Below are positions 27,332-36,400 of a stretch of DNA of 64,000 nucleotides, piece by piece (position 1 is the first letter of the stretch; each line of letters starts with the position of its first letter). Below the pieces are notes generated by a model. It was not told the origin of the DNA and searched no databases. It worked only from the letters and a program-made list of their open reading frames with translations. The position numbers were made by a program, and so were the translations under genes. Location: IMG/VR virus record IMGVR_UViG_3300025425_001694; one strand, 5' to 3'. Source of the DNA: a virus.

Positions 27332-27803
27332 AAAAAAACAAATTGAAGATTTAGTTAATTTATTATATTCTTTAGATCAAAGTACTAAAATATACATTGG
27401 AACTGATTCCGTTCGTTTTAATAAAAACGGGGTTTGGCATGCAAAATATGCGTCTGTTTGTGTAGTACATATGAATGGGCGGAGCGGATGTAAAGTATTT
27501 AAGCACAGATCTATTGAAAGAGATTATGATATAAGAAAAAATAGACCGTCTTTAAGATTAATGAATGAAGTAATGAAATCTTGCGAACTATATGCTCAAT
27601 TAATTCCGTTCGTTGATGAGTTTGATGTAGAAATACATCTTGATGTTAATACAAATCCAATTTACGGTTCGAACTGTGTTGCACAACAGGCTGCTGGTTA
27701 TGTATTAGGTGTTACTGGCCTTTCAGAAAATAATGTTAAATTAAAACCAAATGTTTTAGCAGCAATTTCTGGCGCGGACCATTTTGCTAATAATTTCTAT
27801 TGA
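27318..27803 (+). CDS. RNase H-like YkuK/DUF458 family protein
   Basis: IYIGTDS, RLMNEV, EIHLDVN, ADHF. Confidence 0.75.
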   Translation: MTVFEKKQIEDLVNLLYSLDQSTKIYIGTDSVRFNKNGVWHAKYASVCVVHMNGRSGCKVFKHRSIERDYDIRKNRPSLRLMNEVMKSCELYAQLIPFVDEFDVEIHLDVNTNPIYGSNCVAQQAAGYVLGVTGLSENNVKLKPNVLAAISGADHFANNFY

Positions 27804-27848
27804 CATTTTGTCTATTATAGATTAATATTAATTATAAGGAGAATCAAT

Positions 27849-28355
27849 ATGAAAACAATCATCGCAGCTTGCGCACTATCAATTCTGCCAACGCTTTCTT
27901 TCGCAGGTAACTCAAATAATTACGCTACTATTACGTCAGTTGATCCAGTGTATAAAAATAATTACGTGACACGCTATGATAATAATTGTTATGATGTTGA
28001 CGTTCCTATTTACCAAGAGCGTGTGATCCGTGGCGGTGGTTCTGATGGTGATGTTTTCACTGGCGCAGTTATAGGTGGAGTTCTTGGGAACCAGTTTGGT
28101 AATGGTAATGGGAAGGATGTTGCAACAGTACTAGGAGCTATCCTTGGTGCTAATAGAGCATCTAACAAACGAGTTCAGGAAATAGTAGGATATCGTGTTG
28201 AGCAAAAATGTGAATCAACACGAAAAACTGTAAACGAGCCGACTATCTACAAATATAATATCAGCTACGAATATAACGGATATACTTATACTCAAGAAAC
28301 TACTAAGCGTTATACTTTAGGCCAAACTGTCTTAATTCAACCATCTTTGAATTAA
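27849..28355 (+). CDS. glycine-zipper 2TM (YcfJ-like) exported protein
   Basis: signal peptide; GAVIGGVLGNQFGNGNGKDVATVLGAILG. Confidence 0.8.
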   Translation: MKTIIAACALSILPTLSFAGNSNNYATITSVDPVYKNNYVTRYDNNCYDVDVPIYQERVIRGGGSDGDVFTGAVIGGVLGNQFGNGNGKDVATVLGAILGANRASNKRVQEIVGYRVEQKCESTRKTVNEPTIYKYNISYEYNGYTYTQETTKRYTLGQTVLIQPSLN

Positions 28356-28443
28356 GTTGTTTTCGGGTGGTTACGTAATAAACCCGTGAAGGCCAACGGT
28401 TAGCCTTTTTTTTAATTATGAAAATCCACGCAAGGAAAAGTAC

Positions 28444-28800
28444 ATGGGCATTAAAGCTGGAAAAATTTGGGGAAACACAGAACTCGTTCATGCAAACGGG
28501 GTGTTGGAATTCCATCGCATTGAATTTAACAAAGGTTATAAGTGTTCAGAGCACGAACATAAATTTAAATGGAATGGGTTTTACGTAGAATCTGGACAAA
28601 TGATCGTGAGGGTATGGCAAGATGAAGATCAAGCTGGCTTGGTTGATGAAACAATTCTTGGTCCTGGTGATTTTACTCAAGTTAAACCTGGGAAAATTCA
28701 CCAGTTTGAAGGGGTTGAGGACGGAGTGGCCTTTGAATTATACTGGGCAGAGTTTTCACATTCAGATATTGTCCGAAGAACCATCGGCACTAACGTATAA
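28444..28800 (+). CDS. cupin domain protein
   Basis: CSEHEH...FYVESG...PGKIHQF. Confidence 0.75.
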   Translation: MGIKAGKIWGNTELVHANGVLEFHRIEFNKGYKCSEHEHKFKWNGFYVESGQMIVRVWQDEDQAGLVDETILGPGDFTQVKPGKIHQFEGVEDGVAFELYWAEFSHSDIVRRTIGTNV

Positions 28801-28813
28801 AAAAGTTTAAAAA

Positions 28814-29584
28814 ATGAGAATTATTGCAGGACCATGTCAACACGAATCGTTAGGCCAATCAGCAGAGATTGCTCGAGAGTGTAAGCGCGTATGTGACAAA
28901 TACGGTGTCGAATATTACTTCAAGGCAAGCTATGACAAAGCCAATCGCTCAAGTATGCAAGGCCAGCGTGGTATGGGTATGGAAGCAACACTTACAGACT
29001 TCCTTGCTCTAAAAGTTACATTGGGTGTTAAAACTTTAACTGATGTGCACGACGCAGTTCAGATTAGACGTATTGAACGACAATTTAAAGATGCTGTTGA
29101 CGTCTATCAAATCCCTGCATTTCTTTGTAGGCAAACTGATCTTATTCAAGCAGCGTGTGCTACAGATAAAATTGTTAATATTAAAAAGGGCCAATTTATG
29201 GCTCCTTGGGATATGCTAGGAGTATTGAGTAAGTGTGATGGTGCAAAAGAAGTTTGGATAACTGAAAGAGGTACTAGTTTTGGATATAATACATTGGTGA
29301 ATGATTTCACTGGAATGATGTATCTTCTAGACAATTTTGATGATCCTATTGTGTTTGATGCAACGCACAGTGTACAAAAACCTGGAGGTAATGGAAATTC
29401 CTCTGGTGGAAATAGAGATTATGTTGAGCGTCTTTGTTATGCAACCGCCGCTATTGGCGTTGAAAACTTTTTTCTTGAGACACATCCTGATCCTGATAAT
29501 GCACCGTCAGATGGTCCAAATATGGTAAAACTAGAAAATATGGAAAAGATTATTTCAGGTATTGCAAAAATATTGAATAAATAG
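28814..29584 (+). CDS. kdsA: KDO-8-phosphate synthase
   Basis: IAGPC, FKASYDKANRSS, QIPAFLCRQTDL, KKGQF, ERG, DATHSVQ, SDGPN. Confidence 0.95.
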   Translation: MRIIAGPCQHESLGQSAEIARECKRVCDKYGVEYYFKASYDKANRSSMQGQRGMGMEATLTDFLALKVTLGVKTLTDVHDAVQIRRIERQFKDAVDVYQIPAFLCRQTDLIQAACATDKIVNIKKGQFMAPWDMLGVLSKCDGAKEVWITERGTSFGYNTLVNDFTGMMYLLDNFDDPIVFDATHSVQKPGGNGNSSGGNRDYVERLCYATAAIGVENFFLETHPDPDNAPSDGPNMVKLENMEKIISGIAKILNK

Positions 29585-29656
29585 AAAAAGGAAGGGAGAT
29601 AAACCGCCAAGTAATATCTCCCTTCAACACAATACAAACGTATAAGGAAATGTATT

Positions 29657-30325
29657 ATGTCAATTATTTATTCAAAAATAAAACCTACTGTTCTGGCAGT
29701 AAAGAAACATTCTATTACAGGAAAACTCTATTTCTGTAAAACTACATTTCTTGACGAGGTTTATTCTTACCCCGGTTCTGGCACGCACTGGAAAAGACAT
29801 CTGAATAAACATGGAAAAAATGTAAAAACATTATGGGTTAGTGATGTTTATTACAACACCTCAATAGTTGAGTCTGCCTTGCAGTTTAGTAAATTACACG
29901 ATATTGTAAAGTCAAAACTTTGGGCAAATCAAAAACCTGAAAATGGTTTAGATGGCGGAGACAACTCTCAGTTTATTGATTATGATAAAACAATATCAAA
30001 AGGATTACAAACAAAAAATTCTACAGAATGGAAAGAAACAAAAGGCAAAGAAAGAGCAAAAAAGCAGTCTATTTCTCTCTCTAACACCATGAATTGCAGT
30101 GAGTGGTTAGAGACTGTCGGTCACAAAAAAGCAGAAAATGTTTCACTAGCCCTAACTGGTAAGAAAAAAACTAAAGAACATAAAAAAAATATTGCTTTAG
30201 CAAAAAAAGGTTGTAAAAGTAATAAGGGTTATGTCTATAATATAGTTGAATGTCCGCATTGTGGCACAAAGGGTGCTGGCGGAAACATGAAAAGGTGGCA
30301 TTTTGATAAATGTAAAAACAGATAA
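29657..30325 (+). mobile_element. free-standing Seg-like GIY-YIG homing endonuclease (degenerate motif) with NUMOD3-like and Zn-ribbon segments
   Basis: LYFCKT..YPGSGTHWKRHLNKHG, WANQKPENGLDGG, KKTKEHKKNIALAKKG, CPHC...HFDKC. Confidence 0.7.
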
Positions 30326-30350
30326 ATTAGAAAGTAAAAATAATGGAATC

Positions 30351-30650
30351 AGTACTTTGGTTGTTGATTACACCGGTCTTATTTACATGCTCGACACTCT
30401 TAATGCTGATATTGTTTTTGATGTTACGCACTCTGTCCAAAAACCCGGAGGACACGGGGATAGTAGCGGTGGGAATCGTGTTTACGTGCCTGGGTTGGCT
30501 CGTGCTGGGGCTGCACTTGGGGTCACATCATTCTTTATCGAAACCCACCCTATGCCTGATGACGCGCCAAGCGATGGTCCAAACATGCTTAGATTAGACA
30601 ACTTTGAAAAAGTAGTGCAAGATATAGTTAATATTAACAGAGCATTTTAA
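30351..30650 (+). pseudogene. kdsA: diverged duplicate of the kdsA 3' region (codons ~159-256)
   Basis: STLVVDYTGL..FDVTHSVQKPGG..ETHPMPDDAPSDGPNM aligns without gaps to the KdsA C-terminus; no N-terminal part. Confidence 0.85.
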
Positions 30651-30817
30651 CCAAACTTTCTTTAAACTAAGTAATAGTAATTACAACTAGCAATAGGATA
30701 TAATATGGCTGATATAATTTTATGGAATTTAATATTTTGGAGTGTTTGGATGCCGATTTGTTTTATTCCTTACTTGCTTATGCAATATGCAATAGATAAT
30801 AGCGAAGATATAAATGA

Positions 30818-31498
30818 ATGAAAAATGTAGCTTTATTGATACCGGCTAGGTACGGCAGTACTCGTTTTGAGGGAAAGCCACTTATTAATTTAGGTGGTAA
30901 AACAATGGTACAGCGAGTTTTTGATGTCTGTAAAAGTACAGGATATGACGCGTATGTGCTAACAGACGATATGAGAATATTTGAATTGTTTGGATCTACG
31001 AGGTGTTGGATCGAAGAAGTCAAATATGATAATGGCACTGAACGGTGTGCAGGCGCTATTAAGAACAGTTTCTTTAAAAAATACGATCACTTTGTTAACG
31101 TGCAAGGAGATATGCCTGACGTTACAATTGATATGATTGAAAAATGTATATCAAGTTTGGATCACTACCCAATAAGCACAGTGTTTACAAGTATGCCGAA
31201 ACAAGAACAAAACAATCCTAACTCAGTTAAAATGGTGCGTGCTGGCGACAACGCGCTATGGTTTGGTAGAGGAATGACAGGCTATGGCGATTGGCACATG
31301 GGTGTGTATGGATATAGGCGCAATGCGTTGGAAATGTATTTGGCACTTGACATACCCGAAGAAGAGTGTGTTGAAAAACTTGAACAGTTGCGTTGGTTAA
31401 AGTCAGGCTGGAAAGTTGGTTGTCTTAAAGTTGATTTTGACGGCACTGAAATTAATACACCAGAAGATTATGAAAAATGGAAAGAAGTTAACAAATGA
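30818..31498 (+). CDS. kdsB: CMP-KDO synthetase
   Basis: IPARYGSTRFEGKPL, NGTER, NVQGDMP, EKLEQLRW. Confidence 0.92.
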   Translation: MKNVALLIPARYGSTRFEGKPLINLGGKTMVQRVFDVCKSTGYDAYVLTDDMRIFELFGSTRCWIEEVKYDNGTERCAGAIKNSFFKKYDHFVNVQGDMPDVTIDMIEKCISSLDHYPISTVFTSMPKQEQNNPNSVKMVRAGDNALWFGRGMTGYGDWHMGVYGYRRNALEMYLALDIPEEECVEKLEQLRWLKSGWKVGCLKVDFDGTEINTPEDYEKWKEVNK

Positions 31499-31664
31499 AT
31501 GATGAATATCAATATGAAGACGAATACTATGAAGATACCGAAGAAGACGATTTTGGAGAAATGGACGATGGCGCTTAGGTAACATAATAGTAACATAATA
31601 GTAACACACCAAGTTATTAAAATAAATAGTTAACATTTGGACTACAATGTATTATATATAATTA

Positions 31665-31985
31665 GTAAGCGTTGAAACAACGTGGACACATACTGGACCT
31701 CGGGGCGGTACCGAGCAGTTCCACCAAAAGCACTTGATAGAGGACGCTCTATATTCGATGAAGCAGATAAGGATTTAGCTACCTAATGCTGTGGAGAAGT
31801 TTCAAGTGTTTTTGCTGGGACTGAAATTTAGGATCGACAGGTGTGAAAGTGGAAGTGGAGTTTACCGGATGACTGCGTTATTGGTCAAACTTTCTAAATG
31901 CAAACGCAAATAGAGCGCCAGAAATGGCATTAGCAGCCTAAGGGTATGTGAGGGTTGGCAACGCACCTAGTAACAGAAGCGTTGC
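31665..31985 (+). ncRNA. ssrA: circularly permuted (two-piece) tmRNA
   Basis: T-arm plus CAGTTCC-ACCA (31716-31726) precedes GGGACTG (31817); G3-U70 pair; tag ANANRAPEMALAA* at 31900-31941; outer ends approximate. Confidence 0.9.
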
Positions 31986-32016
31986 ATTTATTTTAAATAA
32001 CAGAGGAAAAGATGCA

Positions 32017-32808
32017 ATGAATAAATTTTTAACGACAACAGCAATCGTGTTTGCAAGTTCTACAGCTTTCGCAGAAGAAACTACTGTATTACCCCACGTC
32101 AGCATTAGTGGTGAAATAGAAACAGTAATCGCAGAAACCGCTGGAGATAAGTACGGTGCTACTACATCTTTGGATTTGGACATCGAAGCAATGCATGGAA
32201 TAGCTTTTGGTACTATGGATTTTGCTATTGATTCGGGATCTAACGCAATTACACTTGATGAATATTCGGTAGGTACAAATGTTGGAATAGCATCAGTAAG
32301 CTTTGGCCGTCAAGGTAACATTTTTGTAGAAGGCGAAACAGGAGCAACTTTACTTGACCCAGCACTAGGTACGAGTGCTATAGTTAAAGCTCATGGCGCA
32401 TCTGTTGGTCTCGGTTTTACTGACATAACTGCTGACGTAACTGATATTGAAAATGTACAAGGGGCATATTCCCTTGGCGCAAGTATTTTTGATCTAGCAG
32501 TATCTGCAGATTATAATTTAAACTCAGAAGATTGGATCTTGGGTAGTCGTGCAACTACAGATCTAGATAACGCAGCAATTGGTATAACAACAACTTATGG
32601 TTCAGCTGCAGAAACATTTGCTTTTGAAGCTGATGCAACTGTATTCGGTATTACTGGATATCTTGCCGGTGATGCTGACGATATGGCTCAAAATGTTGGT
32701 GGTTCATATGAAATGAATTTTGCCGGTATGGCATTAAAGTCTGGCATAGATTATAATCTAGATTCTGAAGTAATTGCCCCGTCATTCACGGCAAGCTTTG
32801 CATTCTAA
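32017..32808 (+). CDS. alphaproteobacterial-type porin / outer-membrane beta-barrel
   Basis: signal peptide (ASSTAFA); amphipathic beta strands; C-terminal ASFAF. Confidence 0.7.
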   Translation: MNKFLTTTAIVFASSTAFAEETTVLPHVSISGEIETVIAETAGDKYGATTSLDLDIEAMHGIAFGTMDFAIDSGSNAITLDEYSVGTNVGIASVSFGRQGNIFVEGETGATLLDPALGTSAIVKAHGASVGLGFTDITADVTDIENVQGAYSLGASIFDLAVSADYNLNSEDWILGSRATTDLDNAAIGITTTYGSAAETFAFEADATVFGITGYLAGDADDMAQNVGGSYEMNFAGMALKSGIDYNLDSEVIAPSFTASFAF

Positions 32809-32830
32809 TCACTAAAAATAACTTTCTAAT

Positions 32831-32860
32831 AAAAAGAGGAGCTTCGGCTCCTCTTTTTTT
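32831..32860 (+). terminator. rho-independent terminator (bidirectional)
   Basis: AAAAAGAGGAGC-TTCG-GCTCCTCTTTTTTT. Confidence 0.9.
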
Positions 32861-32899
32861 ATAAATAGATAGCAATCGTTATGAATATAGGATTAATTT

Positions 32900-33484
32900 A
32901 TGTTTAAGAACTTTATTTTTATTACAATAATGCTGATGGTGTCGGGCGCTGCGCTGGCACAGGACACAGATAATGACGTAATTTACACTGATAATACAAA
33001 CACAAGTGACGTAAACAGTACAAGTAATTCTAAGACCACTGTAAAGTCTCCACCGCCGTCGGCAATTTCACCTTCTATAAATTCTGCAAACTCAGACTTG
33101 TGTACAACCGGTGTATCTGGTGCTGTGCAGACTCAAATACTTGGTATTTCAGCTGGAAAAATGGTTCGTGATATGAACTGTGAAAAGTTAAAGAATGCTA
33201 AAGTATTATACGATATGGGTATGAAGGTTGCAGCTGTTTCGGTGATGTGCCAAGATGAAAGAGTCTTTGATGCTATGATGAACGCAGGAACCCCTTGTCC
33301 GTACAAAGGAATGATTGGTGCAGAAGCAAGGGCGGCCTGGGAAGCAAATCAAGATAAACAACCTAGCAACAACAAACCAAAGAATAAATCAATGAACCCA
33401 TTTAAGGATTTAGGAGAAGATGAAAAGTCAACTATCTTTGGCGGCGGTGCTGTTGGCGCTCTCCTCCTCTTATTGTTACTCTGA
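32900..33484 (+). CDS. exported Cys-containing protein with C-terminal anchor
   Basis: signal peptide; PPPSAISP..DLC, MGMKVAAVSVMCQD, AGTPCP. Confidence 0.7.
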   Translation: MFKNFIFITIMLMVSGAALAQDTDNDVIYTDNTNTSDVNSTSNSKTTVKSPPPSAISPSINSANSDLCTTGVSGAVQTQILGISAGKMVRDMNCEKLKNAKVLYDMGMKVAAVSVMCQDERVFDAMMNAGTPCPYKGMIGAEARAAWEANQDKQPSNNKPKNKSMNPFKDLGEDEKSTIFGGGAVGALLLLLLL

Positions 33485-34313
33485 TATAAGTTACAGTGTT
33501 ACTAATAATGCAGCGATTGCTGGATTGTCTTGGAGTATGCAGCAAATACTCCCCGATTATTCTGCGCCATATGTTACAGTCCAAATTCATGGTTTAACAT
33601 ACAGATATAAAATGGTAAAAGATCCTGAAACGGATGCCTTAGTTTATATTAGAAACGAAAATGCTGTTGATGGTGGATATATATTTGAAGAAACTGATGA
33701 TTGGTCTGGTAATCCTGGCGGAACTATTCAAAAATATATTAGATTTCCATACAGCGATGCTACTAAATGGGGCGATGGATCTATGAGTGTTGAAGGCGAA
33801 GGGCGCATAGAAAATCCTTTGGCAATATATAATTATAAATTAGATGTAGACGAGCAAGCAATGTTATGCTACGGTAATCCTTTATATGATTCGTCATGCC
33901 CGGGTTTTCAACAAGCATTATTAGATTATTTGAATAACATGGAAACATTAAGTCCTGACGACCCGTTTTATGATGAATGGGTGCAAGCAAATCTTTCTTT
34001 AAATGATGAAAAAGGCAATGAAGAAGTAAAAGAAATAAAAGAACCCAAAGAAAAATTATCAAAATTTGAAAAAAAATTAGGTGGCGAAAATTCTATAGGA
34101 GATTTGGTTAATGGTGCAGAACAAGAAAGAGTATTAGCTGCACTAGCACAAAACCAAAAAATTGAAAATTATTATGCTGTAGTAATACCAGGCGGTGAAT
34201 ATACTGATGAACTAATACTTGAAGATGCAATATTACCAGATAACCCAAGGGCAATGAAAAGTTTAGCATCTGATACTAAACATAATACAATGGTACGCTC
34301 TCAATACGATTAA
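33420..34313 (+). CDS. exported hypothetical protein
   Basis: signal peptide; C..PLYDSSCPG. Confidence 0.65.
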   Translation: MKSQLSLAAVLLALSSSYCYSDISYSVTNNAAIAGLSWSMQQILPDYSAPYVTVQIHGLTYRYKMVKDPETDALVYIRNENAVDGGYIFEETDDWSGNPGGTIQKYIRFPYSDATKWGDGSMSVEGEGRIENPLAIYNYKLDVDEQAMLCYGNPLYDSSCPGFQQALLDYLNNMETLSPDDPFYDEWVQANLSLNDEKGNEEVKEIKEPKEKLSKFEKKLGGENSIGDLVNGAEQERVLAALAQNQKIENYYAVVIPGGEYTDELILEDAILPDNPRAMKSLASDTKHNTMVRSQYD

Positions 34314-34331
34314 GAACAATAGGAGAAATAT

Positions 34332-34835
34332 ATGTTCAAACAATTATTAACTTTGAGTACATTTAGCATCATTGTAGGCACAGCAGCCTTTGCTAACGAA
34401 ACACCGATTGTAGGTAATGTTTCATCCAAGTGCTCAATATATACAGATAAAGCAGGTGTTTATGGCAACCCTACGCCTGACGAGTTGAGCACACTAGTAG
34501 CAGACGGTGGTGTACTTCCAGTCGTTAGATATGATGTGTCTATTGCTGATTATTACACTGCTAAAATATCATGGCCAAACACATTCTCTAGCAGTCCAAC
34601 ATTGCCAGATGCGATTGCTTGGGACGGCGAAATAGAAGTATCAAATACATCTGACGCTGGCATGTCTGGCTACGAAGCTGCAAAAATTGAGTATGAAAAC
34701 CATACAGAATACGATCTTTCAGTAGCTGGTTCAACGTGGTTTAAAGTAACTTCAGAAGCAATATATGGTGTTGGTAAAGCATTACCAGGCGGTGAATACA
34801 AGGCTAACGTTGTAGCGGAATGCATTGCAAAATAA
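34332..34835 (+). CDS. exported beta-rich protein, pilin-like
   Basis: signal peptide; IVGNVSSKCSI N-terminus; GGEYKANVVAEC C-terminus. Confidence 0.55.
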   Translation: MFKQLLTLSTFSIIVGTAAFANETPIVGNVSSKCSIYTDKAGVYGNPTPDELSTLVADGGVLPVVRYDVSIADYYTAKISWPNTFSSSPTLPDAIAWDGEIEVSNTSDAGMSGYEAAKIEYENHTEYDLSVAGSTWFKVTSEAIYGVGKALPGGEYKANVVAECIAK

Positions 34836-35209
34836 TGAAAATTTTTGCTACAATCGCGGTGACACTTTTTGCTAGTAGTGTCACCGCACACGAACTAACA
34901 CCTACATATCCAAAAATATTACCGTCTTATATTACAGGCATATCAGTAATAAAAATGAAATTATGGAATAGAAGAGATGATGTTAGCTTTTATGAAATAG
35001 ATGTATTTGATTCTGAGTGGAACAAAATCTTATTTGCAACAACTGATAAAATTTTGCAGTTAACATATTTGGAGCATAAAAATTTTGAAGTCTTTATAAG
35101 GGACACCGATAAAGATAAAATAACCTTTGTATGTACTTCGTCAAAGCAATTAAAGAAAGACGTCGTGTCAACAGGAATAAAATCTAAAATTTGTTCAAGA
35201 ATAAAATAA
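34835..35209 (+). CDS. exported protein, possible pilus chaperone-like fold
   Basis: signal peptide; AHELTPTY..., LWN, beta-rich. Confidence 0.5.
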   Translation: MKIFATIAVTLFASSVTAHELTPTYPKILPSYITGISVIKMKLWNRRDDVSFYEIDVFDSEWNKILFATTDKILQLTYLEHKNFEVFIRDTDKDKITFVCTSSKQLKKDVVSTGIKSKICSRIK

Positions 35210-35226
35210 CACGAGTGAGATAAAAT

Positions 35227-35631
35227 ATGAAATATATAGTACTATTGTTTATCGTTATTGGTTCAGCTTCATACGCAGATTCATCTTCGTTAAATTTACA
35301 GCTGCCAGGAGCACCAGGCAATTATCAATCTGATAAGTTTCGTGCAGGTGACCTTGATTGTTCTAATGCTATTGGGTCGGCAACTAATTTAGAATTCGGG
35401 GTTACTGGTTTGATTGATAAAGATTATAACGATCCTATAAGTGGTTATAACCAAGACACTAGAACCGACGTTGGTGTATACGCAAGAATAACCATCCCCT
35501 TAGGTAAAAAGGCCAAATCGCGTATCGATTGTAATAGATTATTTGAATTAGAATTAAGAAAAAAGCAATTAGAAGTAAGAAAGCTAGAAAAAGAATTAGA
35601 GCAACTTAGAGAACTACAGTTCGAAAATTAA
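35227..35631 (+). CDS. exported hypothetical protein with coiled-coil tail
   Basis: signal peptide; GVYARITIPLG..RIDCNRLFELEL. Confidence 0.6.
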   Translation: MKYIVLLFIVIGSASYADSSSLNLQLPGAPGNYQSDKFRAGDLDCSNAIGSATNLEFGVTGLIDKDYNDPISGYNQDTRTDVGVYARITIPLGKKAKSRIDCNRLFELELRKKQLEVRKLEKELEQLRELQFEN

Positions 35632-35678
35632 AGGAAATTAGTTTTGTTTTGTAAATATTTAATAGGAGATTAGGACTG

Positions 35679-36374
35679 ATGGCTGAAGTAGAATTTGGCG
35701 GATTAAAATTTTCTGGTGGTAAGATGTTTGCAGTACTTACCGCACTATCAACATTAGGCGGCGCGGCCTGGGGTGGATTTGAAATATATAAAGATTACAT
35801 GGACATGAAAGAGATTATCCAAAACATTGACATAGATGAAATACAATCCGCTAACACATTACAACTCCAAAAGTTAAATGACGCGATTGGTTACACAACA
35901 GCCATAAGAGAAGACTTAGCATCCGACGTAGAACGTGTAGAAAATGCAGTTCGCCAGTTAGAAGCACAAGTACAACGTGCTGAAGAAACTGTTCGTACTC
36001 TTCGTACTGATGTATATACAAAATTAGATACGTTCGAAGAGCGTTTAAGATTAACGCTAACAAGCAACCAAAATACTATGGCGACACTTCGTGATACAAT
36101 TAGTACAAACTTAGAAACATCCGAAGCACGAATTAAAAGTACACAATCTTCTATAGAAAATATTCTTGCAAGTGTTCGTGATGATTTAAACAACCAAACT
36201 AAAGATGTTACCACGTCTATACGAGAAGTTGAGGCAACTGTGCGACTGTCAGAAAAAGATGTACGCAATGTCATGAAAGAAACAACCAAAGATCTTGAAG
36301 AAAAAATGGCAAAACTTGATAGTGATATAAATAGAATAATACAAGAAGCTCTTGATAATCCATTATCAGACTAG
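35679..36374 (+). CDS. membrane-anchored coiled-coil protein
   Basis: N-terminal TM, long heptad region, ends ALDNPLSD. Confidence 0.65.
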   Translation: MAEVEFGGLKFSGGKMFAVLTALSTLGGAAWGGFEIYKDYMDMKEIIQNIDIDEIQSANTLQLQKLNDAIGYTTAIREDLASDVERVENAVRQLEAQVQRAEETVRTLRTDVYTKLDTFEERLRLTLTSNQNTMATLRDTISTNLETSEARIKSTQSSIENILASVRDDLNNQTKDVTTSIREVEATVRLSEKDVRNVMKETTKDLEEKMAKLDSDINRIIQEALDNPLSD

Positions 36375-36400
36375 TACAAAAATCTTTAGGAGAAACGGCA

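Noticed and set aside
29585-30350. Group I intron in kdsA
   Set aside because: Upstream kdsA is already complete with its own stop, and no P7-like core elements were recognised
30303-30650. Independent 115-aa gene from the ORF track
   Set aside because: TTG start lies inside the endonuclease, and homology covers only the KdsA C-terminal part from 30351
31948-32016. Extended porin N-terminus in the ORF track
   Set aside because: Overlaps the tmRNA 3' region; the RBS and signal peptide fit ATG 32017
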